NCBI GenBank assembly: GCA_963776345.1
Contig: CAVZMH010000016.1
Span: 1-64,000, forward strand
Direction of reading: 5' to 3'
Source of the DNA: an uncultured delta proteobacterium
GTDB taxonomy: Bacteria > Myxococcota > Myxococcia > Myxococcales > Myxococcaceae
Length of the DNA: 64,000 nucleotides
Each line of letters starts with the position of its first letter. Position 1 is the stretch's first letter. Positions 9,883-18,235 of this stretch are shown here, in pieces. Below the pieces are notes generated by a model. That model was given only the letters and a program-made list of their open reading frames with translations, ran no database searches and was not told the DNA's origin. The translations under genes and the position numbers were made by a program.

Positions 9883-9943
9883 CGGAGGCTCGCTCGCACC
9901 GAGGCGCCCTTCTACACGGAACGCCGGCTCCGGAGCGCTCGCT

Positions 9944-11029
9944 TCAGGCCGCCGGTGGGGGAGCGCTGACCGCCGGCGCGGGCGACTCCCCCTCTTTCAC
10001 CCAGGCCGCCAACAGGGTGTAGCTGACGGCGAGGATCACCGGGCCGACGAACAGGCCGATGACCCCGAACCCGAGCAGGCCGCCGATGACGCCGGCGAAG
10101 ATGAGCAGGATCGGGAGGTTCGCGCCGCGGGTGATGAGCCAGGGACGGATCACATTGTCCATGGTGATGACCACCAGCGTCCAGAGCAGAAAGAACGTGC
10201 CGCGTCCGGGCGAGCCGGACGCGTAGAGCCAGATGACCCCCGGCACCATCACCAGGAACGGCCCCACCTGGGCGATGCAGAGCAGGAACACCACCGCGGT
10301 GAGCAGGCCAGCGCGCGGGATTCCGGCGATGGCCATCCCGATGCCGGAGGCCGCGGACTGGATCAGCGCGGTGACGATCACCCCCAAGGCCACGGCACGG
10401 ATCGCCTGGCCCGCGAGCACCACCGCCGACTGGCCTTTCTCTCCTGCGAGGCGATGGAAGTAGAGGAGAACGCCGCGCGCCGCGACGTCCCCCTTGGCGA
10501 AGAGGATGATGGAGATGATCAGCATCACCAGGAAGTGCACCACCAGCGTCCCGAAGCTCCCGACCTGGGCGCCAAACCAGCGGACGAAGCTTCCGACGTA
10601 GGGCTGGAGCCGCTCGGAGAGGGCGCCGGGGGCCATCTGGGAGACCTCGGTCCACCTCTTGGCGATGGGGGGGCCGAACGGCAGCGACGCGAGCCAGTCC
10701 GGGGGCGGAGGGATCCGGATCGTGCGCAGCGAGCCGACCAGGGCGATGAGCCGATCCGACTGCTCGATGATCGTGCTGACGGCCAGGTAGAGCGGCACCA
10801 CGACGATCAGCAGGAGGATCAGCGCCATGACCGTGACCGCGGGGCCACGGCGGCCCCAGAGCCGTCTCTGGAGCCTGCGGAAGAGGGGCCAGGTGGCAAC
10901 GACGATGGTCACCGCCCAGATGCCGGGGGCGAGGAAGGGGCGGACCACCCAGAGGCTCCCGAAGAGCAATCCTCCGAGGGCGAGGATGATCATCAGCGTC
11001 CGCGGCAGGTTGCTGACCGGCGTCGGCAT
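9944..11029 (-). CDS. ydiK: AI-2E family transporter, YdiK-like
   Basis: LAGQAIRAVALGV, DNVIRPWLI, FGVIGLFVGPVILA. Confidence 0.85.
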   Translation of the reverse strand: MPTPVSNLPRTLMIILALGGLLFGSLWVVRPFLAPGIWAVTIVVATWPLFRRLQRRLWGRRGPAVTVMALILLLIVVVPLYLAVSTIIEQSDRLIALVGSLRTIRIPPPPDWLASLPFGPPIAKRWTEVSQMAPGALSERLQPYVGSFVRWFGAQVGSFGTLVVHFLVMLIISIILFAKGDVAARGVLLYFHRLAGEKGQSAVVLAGQAIRAVALGVIVTALIQSAASGIGMAIAGIPRAGLLTAVVFLLCIAQVGPFLVMVPGVIWLYASGSPGRGTFFLLWTLVVITMDNVIRPWLITRGANLPILLIFAGVIGGLLGFGVIGLFVGPVILAVSYTLLAAWVKEGESPAPAVSAPPPAA

Positions 11030-11129
11030 GCGGTCCTCCGGGGGTGCTTCCGGTTCGAAGTCTATGAGGAACTGGCGCGTTCGGGACCGTCGATGAGACC
11101 AAGGTCTCACGGCGGTCGCGCCCCACGCT

Positions 11130-11915
11130 ATGACGGGGCCGGTGCACACCCCGGGAGCCATCGAGGCGGATGTCCAGGAGGTTCTGGACTGGGTCCGGGG
11201 GGCGCTCCCAGGCAGTGGACGCGGGCTGCGCGTCCTCGAGGTCGGCTGCGGTCCAGGGTACCTGGCGTCACGGTTGCTGGAGGAGGGTGTCCAGCTCACC
11301 CCGATCGACGTGAACGAGGAGCAGGTTCACCTCGCGCGCGAGCGTGGGGTTCCGGCCATCGCATCGGACTTCCTCGCGTTCGAGGACGGACCGTTCGACG
11401 CGGTCCTGTTCACCCGCTCGCTCCACCACGTCTCTCCCCTGGGGGAGGGGATCTCGAGGATCCGGGCGCTGGTCCGCCCCGGCGGGCTGATCCTGGCCGA
11501 CGAGTTCGCCCACGACGAGATCGACGCCGCCAGCGCAGCATGGTTCTGGGACCTCCAGGCCGTCCTCGAGGAATGCGGCGCGCTGGCGCCGGACGCGCCG
11601 CGAAGGCACGGGCACCACGACGCTCGCCTCCGACCGGACGGTCCTCCTCCCTCGGATCCGCTCCAGCGGTGGCGGGAGCGGCACCTGCACGACCCGCCGC
11701 TCCACGGTGCGGAGACGCTGATCTCGGCGCTCGGGAGCGCGTTCGAGGTCCGGCTCCGGGACCGCGGGCCGTACCTGCATCGGTACTTCGCCGATCGGGT
11801 CGAGGACTCCGGGGCCGGCACGCGTCTCTTCGTCCTGCTGCGTCAGCTGGAGCGACTCCGGCTGCGGCAGGGTCTGCTCGTACCCGTCGGGCTGCGCCTC
11901 GTCGCTTCGGCATAG
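11130..11915 (+). CDS. Class I SAM-dependent methyltransferase
   Basis: VLEVGCGPG motif I, FDAV, LVRPGG. Confidence 0.85.
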   Translation: MTGPVHTPGAIEADVQEVLDWVRGALPGSGRGLRVLEVGCGPGYLASRLLEEGVQLTPIDVNEEQVHLARERGVPAIASDFLAFEDGPFDAVLFTRSLHHVSPLGEGISRIRALVRPGGLILADEFAHDEIDAASAAWFWDLQAVLEECGALAPDAPRRHGHHDARLRPDGPPPSDPLQRWRERHLHDPPLHGAETLISALGSAFEVRLRDRGPYLHRYFADRVEDSGAGTRLFVLLRQLERLRLRQGLLVPVGLRLVASA

Positions 11916-11983
11916 GACCAACGTCCGATGTCCTCGATCGGGCCCAGGGCTAGCCTGGCGGGCCCTTTCAGCGGAGGTGGCCC

Positions 11984-13081
11984 ATGCTCATCCGGAATCT
12001 GGTCGCGCTGTCCTCTCTGGCTCTGCTGGCGGCGTGTGGCGGCGCCCCTCAGCCGGAGGCGACGGCGGACTCGGCCCTCACCGCGACCTCGACTGAGGAC
12101 TGCCGCGCGGGACGGGGGCCGGTCGAGGTCATGACGCGGAACCTCTACCTGGGCGCGGCACTCGACGACGTCATCGCCGCGGGCTCGCTGCCTGCCTTCC
12201 TCACCGCCACCACGCGGGTCTGGAACCAGGTGGTGGCCAACGACTTCCATGCCCGGGCCGAGCTGATCGCCGACGAGATCGCGATGAACCGTCCCGACGC
12301 GGTGGGGCTCCAGGAGGCGTACCTGTGGCGGTCGCAGACCCCGAGCGATCCCACGACCTCCGCGACCCACGTGGAGTACGACTACATCGCGGACCTCCTC
12401 GCCGCGCTCCAGGCTCGGGGCACACCGTACGAGGTCGCGGAGTCGATCGAGCTGTTCGACTTCGAGGCGCCCACGTTTCTCGGGATCGACGTCCGGATGA
12501 CCGACCGGCAGGCGATCCTGGTCCGGAAGGGCACCACCTTCCACAACGCGCGGGGGGCGACCTACTCGGTGCTGCTCCCGGTCCAGGTCCTCGGCACCAC
12601 GGTGATGGTGAAGCGTGGCTGGACCGCGATCGACATCAAGGTCGGCGGCGAGTGGCTCGCCCTGTTCAACACCCACACCGAGTCCTTCTACGCCCCGGTC
12701 CGGGTCGCGCAGGGCATGGAGCTCGCCGCGATTCTCGACGCCACACCGGGGAAGGCGATCCTGGTCGGTGACCTCAACTCGCTGCCGGGCACCGAGGCTG
12801 CCGCCTCCGTCGCCGGCGTGGGGTTCACCGACTCCTGGGCCGACATCCACCCGAAGCAGCCTGGCTTCAGCTGCTGCTTCCCCGAGTCCCTGGCCGAGAC
12901 CAAACCGGGGCTCGACCAGCGCATCGACTACGTCTTCGTGCGCGGCCTGAAGCCGCTCACCGCGAAGATCGTGGGCGCCCATCTGCTGGCGCACCGGACC
13001 GGGCTCTGGCCGAGCGACCACGCCGGGCTGGTGGCGACGGCGAAGCCGGAGAAGGGGATGTGGGGGCACGCGGACGAGTAG
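11984..13081 (+). CDS. Endonuclease/exonuclease/phosphatase family lipoprotein
   Basis: Lipobox LAAC; TRNLY, GLQE, NTH, GDLNS, RIDYVF, PSDH. Confidence 0.88.
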   Translation: MLIRNLVALSSLALLAACGGAPQPEATADSALTATSTEDCRAGRGPVEVMTRNLYLGAALDDVIAAGSLPAFLTATTRVWNQVVANDFHARAELIADEIAMNRPDAVGLQEAYLWRSQTPSDPTTSATHVEYDYIADLLAALQARGTPYEVAESIELFDFEAPTFLGIDVRMTDRQAILVRKGTTFHNARGATYSVLLPVQVLGTTVMVKRGWTAIDIKVGGEWLALFNTHTESFYAPVRVAQGMELAAILDATPGKAILVGDLNSLPGTEAAASVAGVGFTDSWADIHPKQPGFSCCFPESLAETKPGLDQRIDYVFVRGLKPLTAKIVGAHLLAHRTGLWPSDHAGLVATAKPEKGMWGHADE

Positions 13082-13283
13082 GGTCCCGTCGTCTGGCTTC
13101 TCGAGGCCGCCTATGCTGCAACTCGGGTGCGAGCCCCCGGTCCATCCGTGGGCTCGCCTGTTCTGAAGCCGATGGAACCTGGGGCCCGCGCGATCGAGGC
13201 GTGGAACTCGGACCCGGCCCGCTCCACGCTCGCGGCCTCGATGCGGCGCCGACGGTTGGCCAACCGCTGCAGCGGAGGAGGTC

Positions 13284-14030
13284 GTGATGACGATGGGCAG
13301 ACGGGAGTTCCTCTCCGGAGTCGCCGTGGCCGTTCCCCTCACCACGGCAGGAGCGAGCGTCATGGCACAGACCACCGGCGGGAAGCCCGCCGCAGCCACT
13401 GCGCCTGCCGCGGCGGCGCCCGGCAAGCACCCGATCGCGCCGCTGCCGTTCGATCCGACGAAGCTCAAGGGCCTCTCGGAGAAGCTCATCCGCTCGCATC
13501 ACGAGAACAACTACGGCGGGGCGGTCAAGAACCTGAACAAGGTCGAGGAGGAGCTCGCCCGCGTGACGAAGGACACCCCGGGGTTCCTCGTCGGCGGGCT
13601 CAAGGAACGGGAGCTGACCTTCAACAACTCGATGGTCCTCCACGAGCAGTACTTCGGGAACCTGGGCGGCGACGGGAAGGCCGGCGCGGTCGTGCAGCTG
13701 GCGATCGCGGAGGCGTTCGGCTCGTTCGCGCGCTGGGAGGAGGGGTTCCGCGCGATCGGCATGTCGCTCGCCGGAGGGAGTGGGTGGACGATCCTGGACC
13801 TGGATCTCCGGACCAGCCGGCTCGCCACGCGCTGGAGCGGCCACCACACCCAGACCGCGGCGAGCAGCCAGCCGCTCCTGGTGATGGACATGTACGAGCA
13901 CGCCTACCAGATGGACTACGGCGCGGCGGCGGCGAGGTACATCGACGCGTTCTTCCAGAACGTTCACTGGGACGAGGTACACCGGCGGCTGGAGCGGGCC
14001 CAGCGAGCCTCGGCGGCCGTCCGCGGGTGA
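13284..14030 (+). CDS. Fe/Mn superoxide dismutase, ChrC-like, with Tat signal
   Basis: GRREFL twin-Arg; SHHENNYGGAVKNLN, LHEQYF, DMYEHAY. Confidence 0.88.
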   Translation: MMTMGRREFLSGVAVAVPLTTAGASVMAQTTGGKPAAATAPAAAAPGKHPIAPLPFDPTKLKGLSEKLIRSHHENNYGGAVKNLNKVEEELARVTKDTPGFLVGGLKERELTFNNSMVLHEQYFGNLGGDGKAGAVVQLAIAEAFGSFARWEEGFRAIGMSLAGGSGWTILDLDLRTSRLATRWSGHHTQTAASSQPLLVMDMYEHAYQMDYGAAAARYIDAFFQNVHWDEVHRRLERAQRASAAVRG

Positions 14031-14043
14031 CGCACTGGCCGAC

Positions 14044-14805
14044 GTGATCCCCGGGCTCGATGTCGCGTTGCTGGTGGCGGTCGCCGCGCTCGTCGCCTCG
14101 ACCCTCGCCGGGATCACCGGATTCGGTGGAGCCGCCGTGCTTCTTCCGGTCCTCACGCTCGCCCTCGGCGTGCGCGAGGCGGTGCCGGTCCTCACCGTGG
14201 CCCAGCTCATCGGCAATGGCAGCCGGGCCTGGTTCAATCGGCGCGAGATCGATCTCCGGGTCGTGGCCTGGTTCGCGCTGGGCGCGATTCCCTGCGCGCT
14301 GCTCGGCGGACTCCTCTTTGCACGCGCCCCGGTGGCCACCCTGAACCGCCTGCTGGGCGTCTTCCTGCTCCTCGTCGTGGCGTGGCGAAGGCTGCGGCCA
14401 GGGCTCCAGGTCACGGTGCCAGCCGGCGCGTTCGTTCTGGTCGGTTCCGGTGGAAGCTTCCTCTCCGCGCTGGTGGGGAGCGTCGGCCCGCTGATGGCAC
14501 CGTTCTTCCTGGCCCACGGCCTGGTGAAGGGTGCGTACATCGGGACGGAGGCGCTGGCGACGGTGGTGATGCACCTGGTGAAGCTGGTCGCCTACCGGAG
14601 CGCGGACGTGCTCCCGCTGGAGAGCGTACTGGTGGGTGCGGCCATCGGTCCGGTGATGGTGCTGGGCAGCTGGATCGCGAAGCGGGTGGTCGACCGGCTT
14701 CCTGCAACCGCGTTCGTTCATCTCATCGAGGCGGTCATGGTGGTCAGCGGAGTGCTGTTCCTGTTCCGGGGGGCGGTGACCCCCTGGGGTCACAACGTCC
14801 GATAA
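14044..14805 (+). CDS. Sulfite exporter TauE/SafE family membrane protein
   Basis: GITGFGGA..LP and GSVGP repeats, about 8 TM; stop TAA lies in the dif XerC arm. Confidence 0.85.
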   Translation: MIPGLDVALLVAVAALVASTLAGITGFGGAAVLLPVLTLALGVREAVPVLTVAQLIGNGSRAWFNRREIDLRVVAWFALGAIPCALLGGLLFARAPVATLNRLLGVFLLLVVAWRRLRPGLQVTVPAGAFVLVGSGGSFLSALVGSVGPLMAPFFLAHGLVKGAYIGTEALATVVMHLVKLVAYRSADVLPLESVLVGAAIGPVMVLGSWIAKRVVDRLPATAFVHLIEAVMVVSGVLFLFRGAVTPWGHNVR

Positions 14806-14822
14806 GATGCGTTATGTTAACT
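14795..14822 (+). other. dif: dif site (XerC/XerD chromosome dimer resolution site)
   Basis: ACGTCCGATAA-GATGCG-TTATGTTAACT: 11-6-11 layout, right arm 10/11 identical to E. coli XerD arm TTATGTTAAAT. Confidence 0.88.
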
Positions 14823-14858
14823 CGAGCGGCGGGGCTCGCTTCAGGCTCGGCGCCAGCC

Positions 14859-16520
14859 TCAGCGAGCGGCGCCGAGCGACAGCGGCCTCAGCGGCCTTCC
14901 AGGGCGCTCGTCGGTCATCCTCCCCTCGTCGAGCACCAGGCGGCCGTTCACCAACACGTGGCTGAATCCCTCCGAGTACTGGAGCGGCTTCTCGAACGTG
15001 GCGAGGTCCCGGACACGCTCCAGATCGAAGACCACCAGATCCGCGGCCATCCCTGGCCGCAGCACCCCGCGATCCAGGAGGCGGACCCGCTGCGCCGGAA
15101 GCGACGTCAGCTTGCGAACGGCCTCCTCGAGCGACAGGACGTGCTCGTCGCGCACGTACCTTCCCAGCACCCGCGCCATCGCCCCGAAGGCCCGGGGGTG
15201 CGCCAGGTCCTCCGCAAAGGGGCCGTCGGTGGCCTGGCCCGGGTTGTCGGTCACGAAGCTCACCCAGGGCTGCTTCATGGCGAGCCGCACGTCGTCCTCG
15301 CTCATCCAGAAGCGGACCACCCAGCCCTGGGCCCTGTCCGCCTCCACCAGGTCGAGCAGCGCCTCCTCGGGCGCCTTGCCCATCTCCTTCGCCACCCGGT
15401 CCAGATGCTGGCCCATGTACTTGCGAAGCTCGGGGTTCACGCAGGACGCGAGGAGGATGTCGCCCGGCGGCTCGCGCTCGAGCGCGGCCTGCACCTCGCG
15501 AAGGATGCGGGCGCGGGTCGGCCCGTCGTGGAACCGGCGGATCATCGTCTCGGTGCCCCCGGCCTGCGCCCAGCCGGGCACCGTCGCCACCAGCCCGTTC
15601 GAGGCAGCGACGTACGGGTAGATGTCGGCGGCGATGTCCACCCCCTCGGCACGGGCGCGCTCGATGCGCGCGATCACCTCCTTCATCCGGCCCCAGTTCT
15701 TTCGGAGGCTGACCTTGAGGTGCCAGATCTCCACCGGGACCTGGGCCTCCTGGCCGATGGCGATGGCCTCCTCGAGCGCCTGCATCACCACCTCGTCCTC
15801 GCCGCGGATGTGACTGGCGTACACCCCGCCGTACCGGCCGGCGGCGCGCGCCAGCGCCACCAGCTCGGCGGTGCTGGCGTACGAGCCCGGCGGGTAGATC
15901 AGCGCCGAGGAGACGCCCACCGCCCCCTGGCGCATCGCGGTCTCGACCTCCCGCTGCATGCGCCCGAGCTGCTCGGAGCTCGGCGTGACCTCGCCGAGCC
16001 CCACGACGACGCCCCGGACCTGACTGGCACCCACGTAGGTCGCCAGGTTGATCGCCGGTCGCGCCCGGCGCAGGCGCCGCCAGTACCCGTCGAGGCCCTT
16101 CCAGTCGATCGCCAGCCGGTACTTGTCGAGCCAGGGCTTCGCCTCGGCGATCCACACCTCGCTCATCGGGGCCGCCGAGCCCCCCTCGCCCGTGACCTCG
16201 GTGGTGATGCCCTGACGGATCTTCGACTCCACGCGGTTGTCCACCAGCAGGTTCAGCTCGGACTGCCCGAGCATGTCGATGAACCCCGGCGCCACGTACC
16301 GACCCGCCGCGTCCACCCGGCGCGCGGCGGACGCCCGGGCCAGACCTCCGATCGCCGCGATGCGGTCGCCGCGGATGCCCACGTCGGCGCGGAACCACGG
16401 TGCCCCCGTTCCGTCGACGACCCGGCCTCCCGAGACGATCAGGTCGTAGTCAGCCGCCCCGGCGCCGCTCGCGGCGAGACAGGCGACCAGGACGACTCCC
16501 CACCAGCGCATTCCCGGCAT
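14859..16520 (-). CDS. N-acyl-D-amino-acid deacylase (amidohydrolase) family, exported
   Basis: VAPGFID, YASHIRGE, HPRAFG, GMAADLVVFD; signal peptide. Confidence 0.88.
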   Translation of the reverse strand: MPGMRWWGVVLVACLAASGAGAADYDLIVSGGRVVDGTGAPWFRADVGIRGDRIAAIGGLARASAARRVDAAGRYVAPGFIDMLGQSELNLLVDNRVESKIRQGITTEVTGEGGSAAPMSEVWIAEAKPWLDKYRLAIDWKGLDGYWRRLRRARPAINLATYVGASQVRGVVVGLGEVTPSSEQLGRMQREVETAMRQGAVGVSSALIYPPGSYASTAELVALARAAGRYGGVYASHIRGEDEVVMQALEEAIAIGQEAQVPVEIWHLKVSLRKNWGRMKEVIARIERARAEGVDIAADIYPYVAASNGLVATVPGWAQAGGTETMIRRFHDGPTRARILREVQAALEREPPGDILLASCVNPELRKYMGQHLDRVAKEMGKAPEEALLDLVEADRAQGWVVRFWMSEDDVRLAMKQPWVSFVTDNPGQATDGPFAEDLAHPRAFGAMARVLGRYVRDEHVLSLEEAVRKLTSLPAQRVRLLDRGVLRPGMAADLVVFDLERVRDLATFEKPLQYSEGFSHVLVNGRLVLDEGRMTDERPGRPLRPLSLGAAR

Positions 16521-16581
16521 CGTGGCCCCTCTCCCGGGAGGAGATCGTAGCCGAGACGCGGACCCGTGAGGCCGCGAGAAG

Positions 16582-17115
16582 TCAGTCGTCGTCGTCGTCG
16601 TCCTGATCGGAGGGCCCCTGCCCCGCGGCCTGCTCGTCGCCCTCGCCCTGCCCGCCCTGCCCCGGCGCGGTCAGACCCGCCCCGCCGTGGACGAGGAGGC
16701 CGCCGCGATGCCCGGCCTGGATGCCGAGGGCGAGCATCGCCACCGACAGGACCACGCTGGTGCCCCCGGCCGTGAGGAAGGGACGGCGACGCTCCCGGAG
16801 CACGAGCGCGAGCGCAGCGGCCAGGAACGTCCCGCCCGCGGCCACGGTGAACGCCTGGGCGGCCCGCTCGTGGGCCTCGATCCGGGCCTCGCCGGCGCGG
16901 GCCTCGACCCGGTCCTCGTCCTGTTCGCCCGTGCGCAGGGCGACGGCGGCGGCTCCGAGGATGACCCCCTGGAGCACCAGTGCCACAAGCCAGACCTTCC
17001 CCGGCAGCCGGTGGGTGGCGATGGCCCAGAGCAGGACCCCGAGCAGGACGGGCATCACCAGCGCAAGGCCCAGCGGGACGTGGACGACGGCGGGGTGCAA
17101 CGGCAGAGTGTTCAC
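16582..17115 (-). CDS. DUF2231-like membrane protein (His-rich, possible haem binding), poly-Asp tail
   Basis: LHPAVVHVP, AHERAA, GHRGGLLVH; GTG start with GGAGGAG RBS. Confidence 0.7.
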   Translation of the reverse strand: MNTLPLHPAVVHVPLGLALVMPVLLGVLLWAIATHRLPGKVWLVALVLQGVILGAAAVALRTGEQDEDRVEARAGEARIEAHERAAQAFTVAAGGTFLAAALALVLRERRRPFLTAGGTSVVLSVAMLALGIQAGHRGGLLVHGGAGLTAPGQGGQGEGDEQAAGQGPSDQDDDDDD

Positions 17116-17145
17116 GGCGTTCTCCTCCAGATCTCGACCCTGCTC

Positions 17146-17742
17146 GTGCCCGACCCTGGCCCCCATCTCCATCCGTCGGACGACGGAGCACCCCCGCTCC
17201 GGGCCACTGCGTCGGATGACGGACTGCCATCCGAGCGATTTCGCTCGGCCGCCCTCTTCCTGGGCATCGTCTTGCTCATCGGGATCGACCTGGTCGAGGA
17301 CTGGCAGCGCGGGTCCGAGGGCATCCACCTGGGCCTCGAGTTCGTGGTCCTGGTCCTCGCCGCCGTGGGCCTGTGGCTCCTCCGGGCCCGTGTCCGCCGG
17401 GAGCGGAACGCCGCTCGCGCGCTCCGGACCCGGCTCCTGGAGGCGAACACCGCCGCGGAGTCCTGGCGGCGCGAGACCGAATCCCTGACCGCGGGGCTCG
17501 GGCGGGCCATCGACTCGCAGTTTCAGACCTGGAAGCTGAGCGAGGCCGAGCGCGAGGTGGCGCTGCTGCTCCTCAAGGGACTCTCGCTCCGGGAGATCGC
17601 CAGCCTGCGCGACACCAGCGAGCGCACGGTCCGCCAGCAATCGCTCGCGGTCTACCGGAAGGCCGGGCTCGCTGGCCGAGCCGAGCTCTCCGCGTTCTTC
17701 CTCGAGGACCTGCTCGCGCCGTCCGGGCCACGTCCCGGGTGA
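17146..17742 (+). CDS. Membrane-anchored LuxR-family HTH transcriptional regulator
   Basis: Two N-terminal TM, coiled coil, LSEAEREVALLLLKGLSLREIA..TVRQQ; start uncertain. Confidence 0.82.
   Translation: MPDPGPHLHPSDDGAPPLRATASDDGLPSERFRSAALFLGIVLLIGIDLVEDWQRGSEGIHLGLEFVVLVLAAVGLWLLRARVRRERNAARALRTRLLEANTAAESWRRETESLTAGLGRAIDSQFQTWKLSEAEREVALLLLKGLSLREIASLRDTSERTVRQQSLAVYRKAGLAGRAELSAFFLEDLLAPSGPRPG
17172..17223. promoter_or_regulatory. Two palindromic candidate operators TCCGTC-N4-GACGGA
   Basis: tccgtcggacgacgga 17172-17187 and tgcgtcggatgacgga 17208-17223 near the divergent starts. Confidence 0.5.
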
Positions 17743-17764
17743 GCCGCTCGCCGCTGGTCCCTCT

Positions 17765-18151
17765 TCAGTGGCTCACTCCCATCCCGGTCGCCCCCGGCGG
17801 GTAATCGGTGGACGGCGAGAGCGAGCTGTCCCGGGCCCGCGGGTCGATGTCGAGGCGCTGCAGCGTCTCGTCGTCCGGCCACCCGGTCTCGGGAAGGCCC
17901 TGGCTGCGCTGAAAGGTCCGGATGGGCCGGTTGAGCTCCGCGTCCGGCTCGGCGTCCGCAGGCAGCAGGCCGCGGTCGTGGAGCGCCTTCACCAGCTGTT
18001 CCCGCGAGTTGGGATGGGGCGCGTCCTCGAACGGGAACAGCGGAGACCGGGCGTAGGCCTGGTGGGCGGGGCCGCTCGTCGCGGCGCAGCCCAGCGATAG
18101 GAGCGCGCAGGACGCGGCCCAACTCCATCGACTCCACGAGCAGCGGTGCAT
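17765..18151 (-). CDS. Peptidoglycan-binding domain lipoprotein
   Basis: Lipobox SLGC; IRTFQRSQGLPETGWPD.ETL.RL PG_binding_1 motif. Confidence 0.8.
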   Translation of the reverse strand: MHRCSWSRWSWAASCALLSLGCAATSGPAHQAYARSPLFPFEDAPHPNSREQLVKALHDRGLLPADAEPDAELNRPIRTFQRSQGLPETGWPDDETLQRLDIDPRARDSSLSPSTDYPPGATGMGVSH

Positions 18152-18235
18152 CACCCCGGCAGTCTGACCCTGGACGGGCAACGGAACAGCCCCCCTCCGC
18201 GGCTGATGTCCAGCGAGCGATGATGTCCCCCCTGG

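Noticed and set aside
9883..9943. yybP-ykoY manganese riboswitch upstream of mntP
   Set aside because: Only about 60 nt between ydiK and mntP and no recognisable motif
16585..16602. (GTC)n trinucleotide repeat
   Set aside because: Simply encodes the poly-Asp tail of the membrane protein
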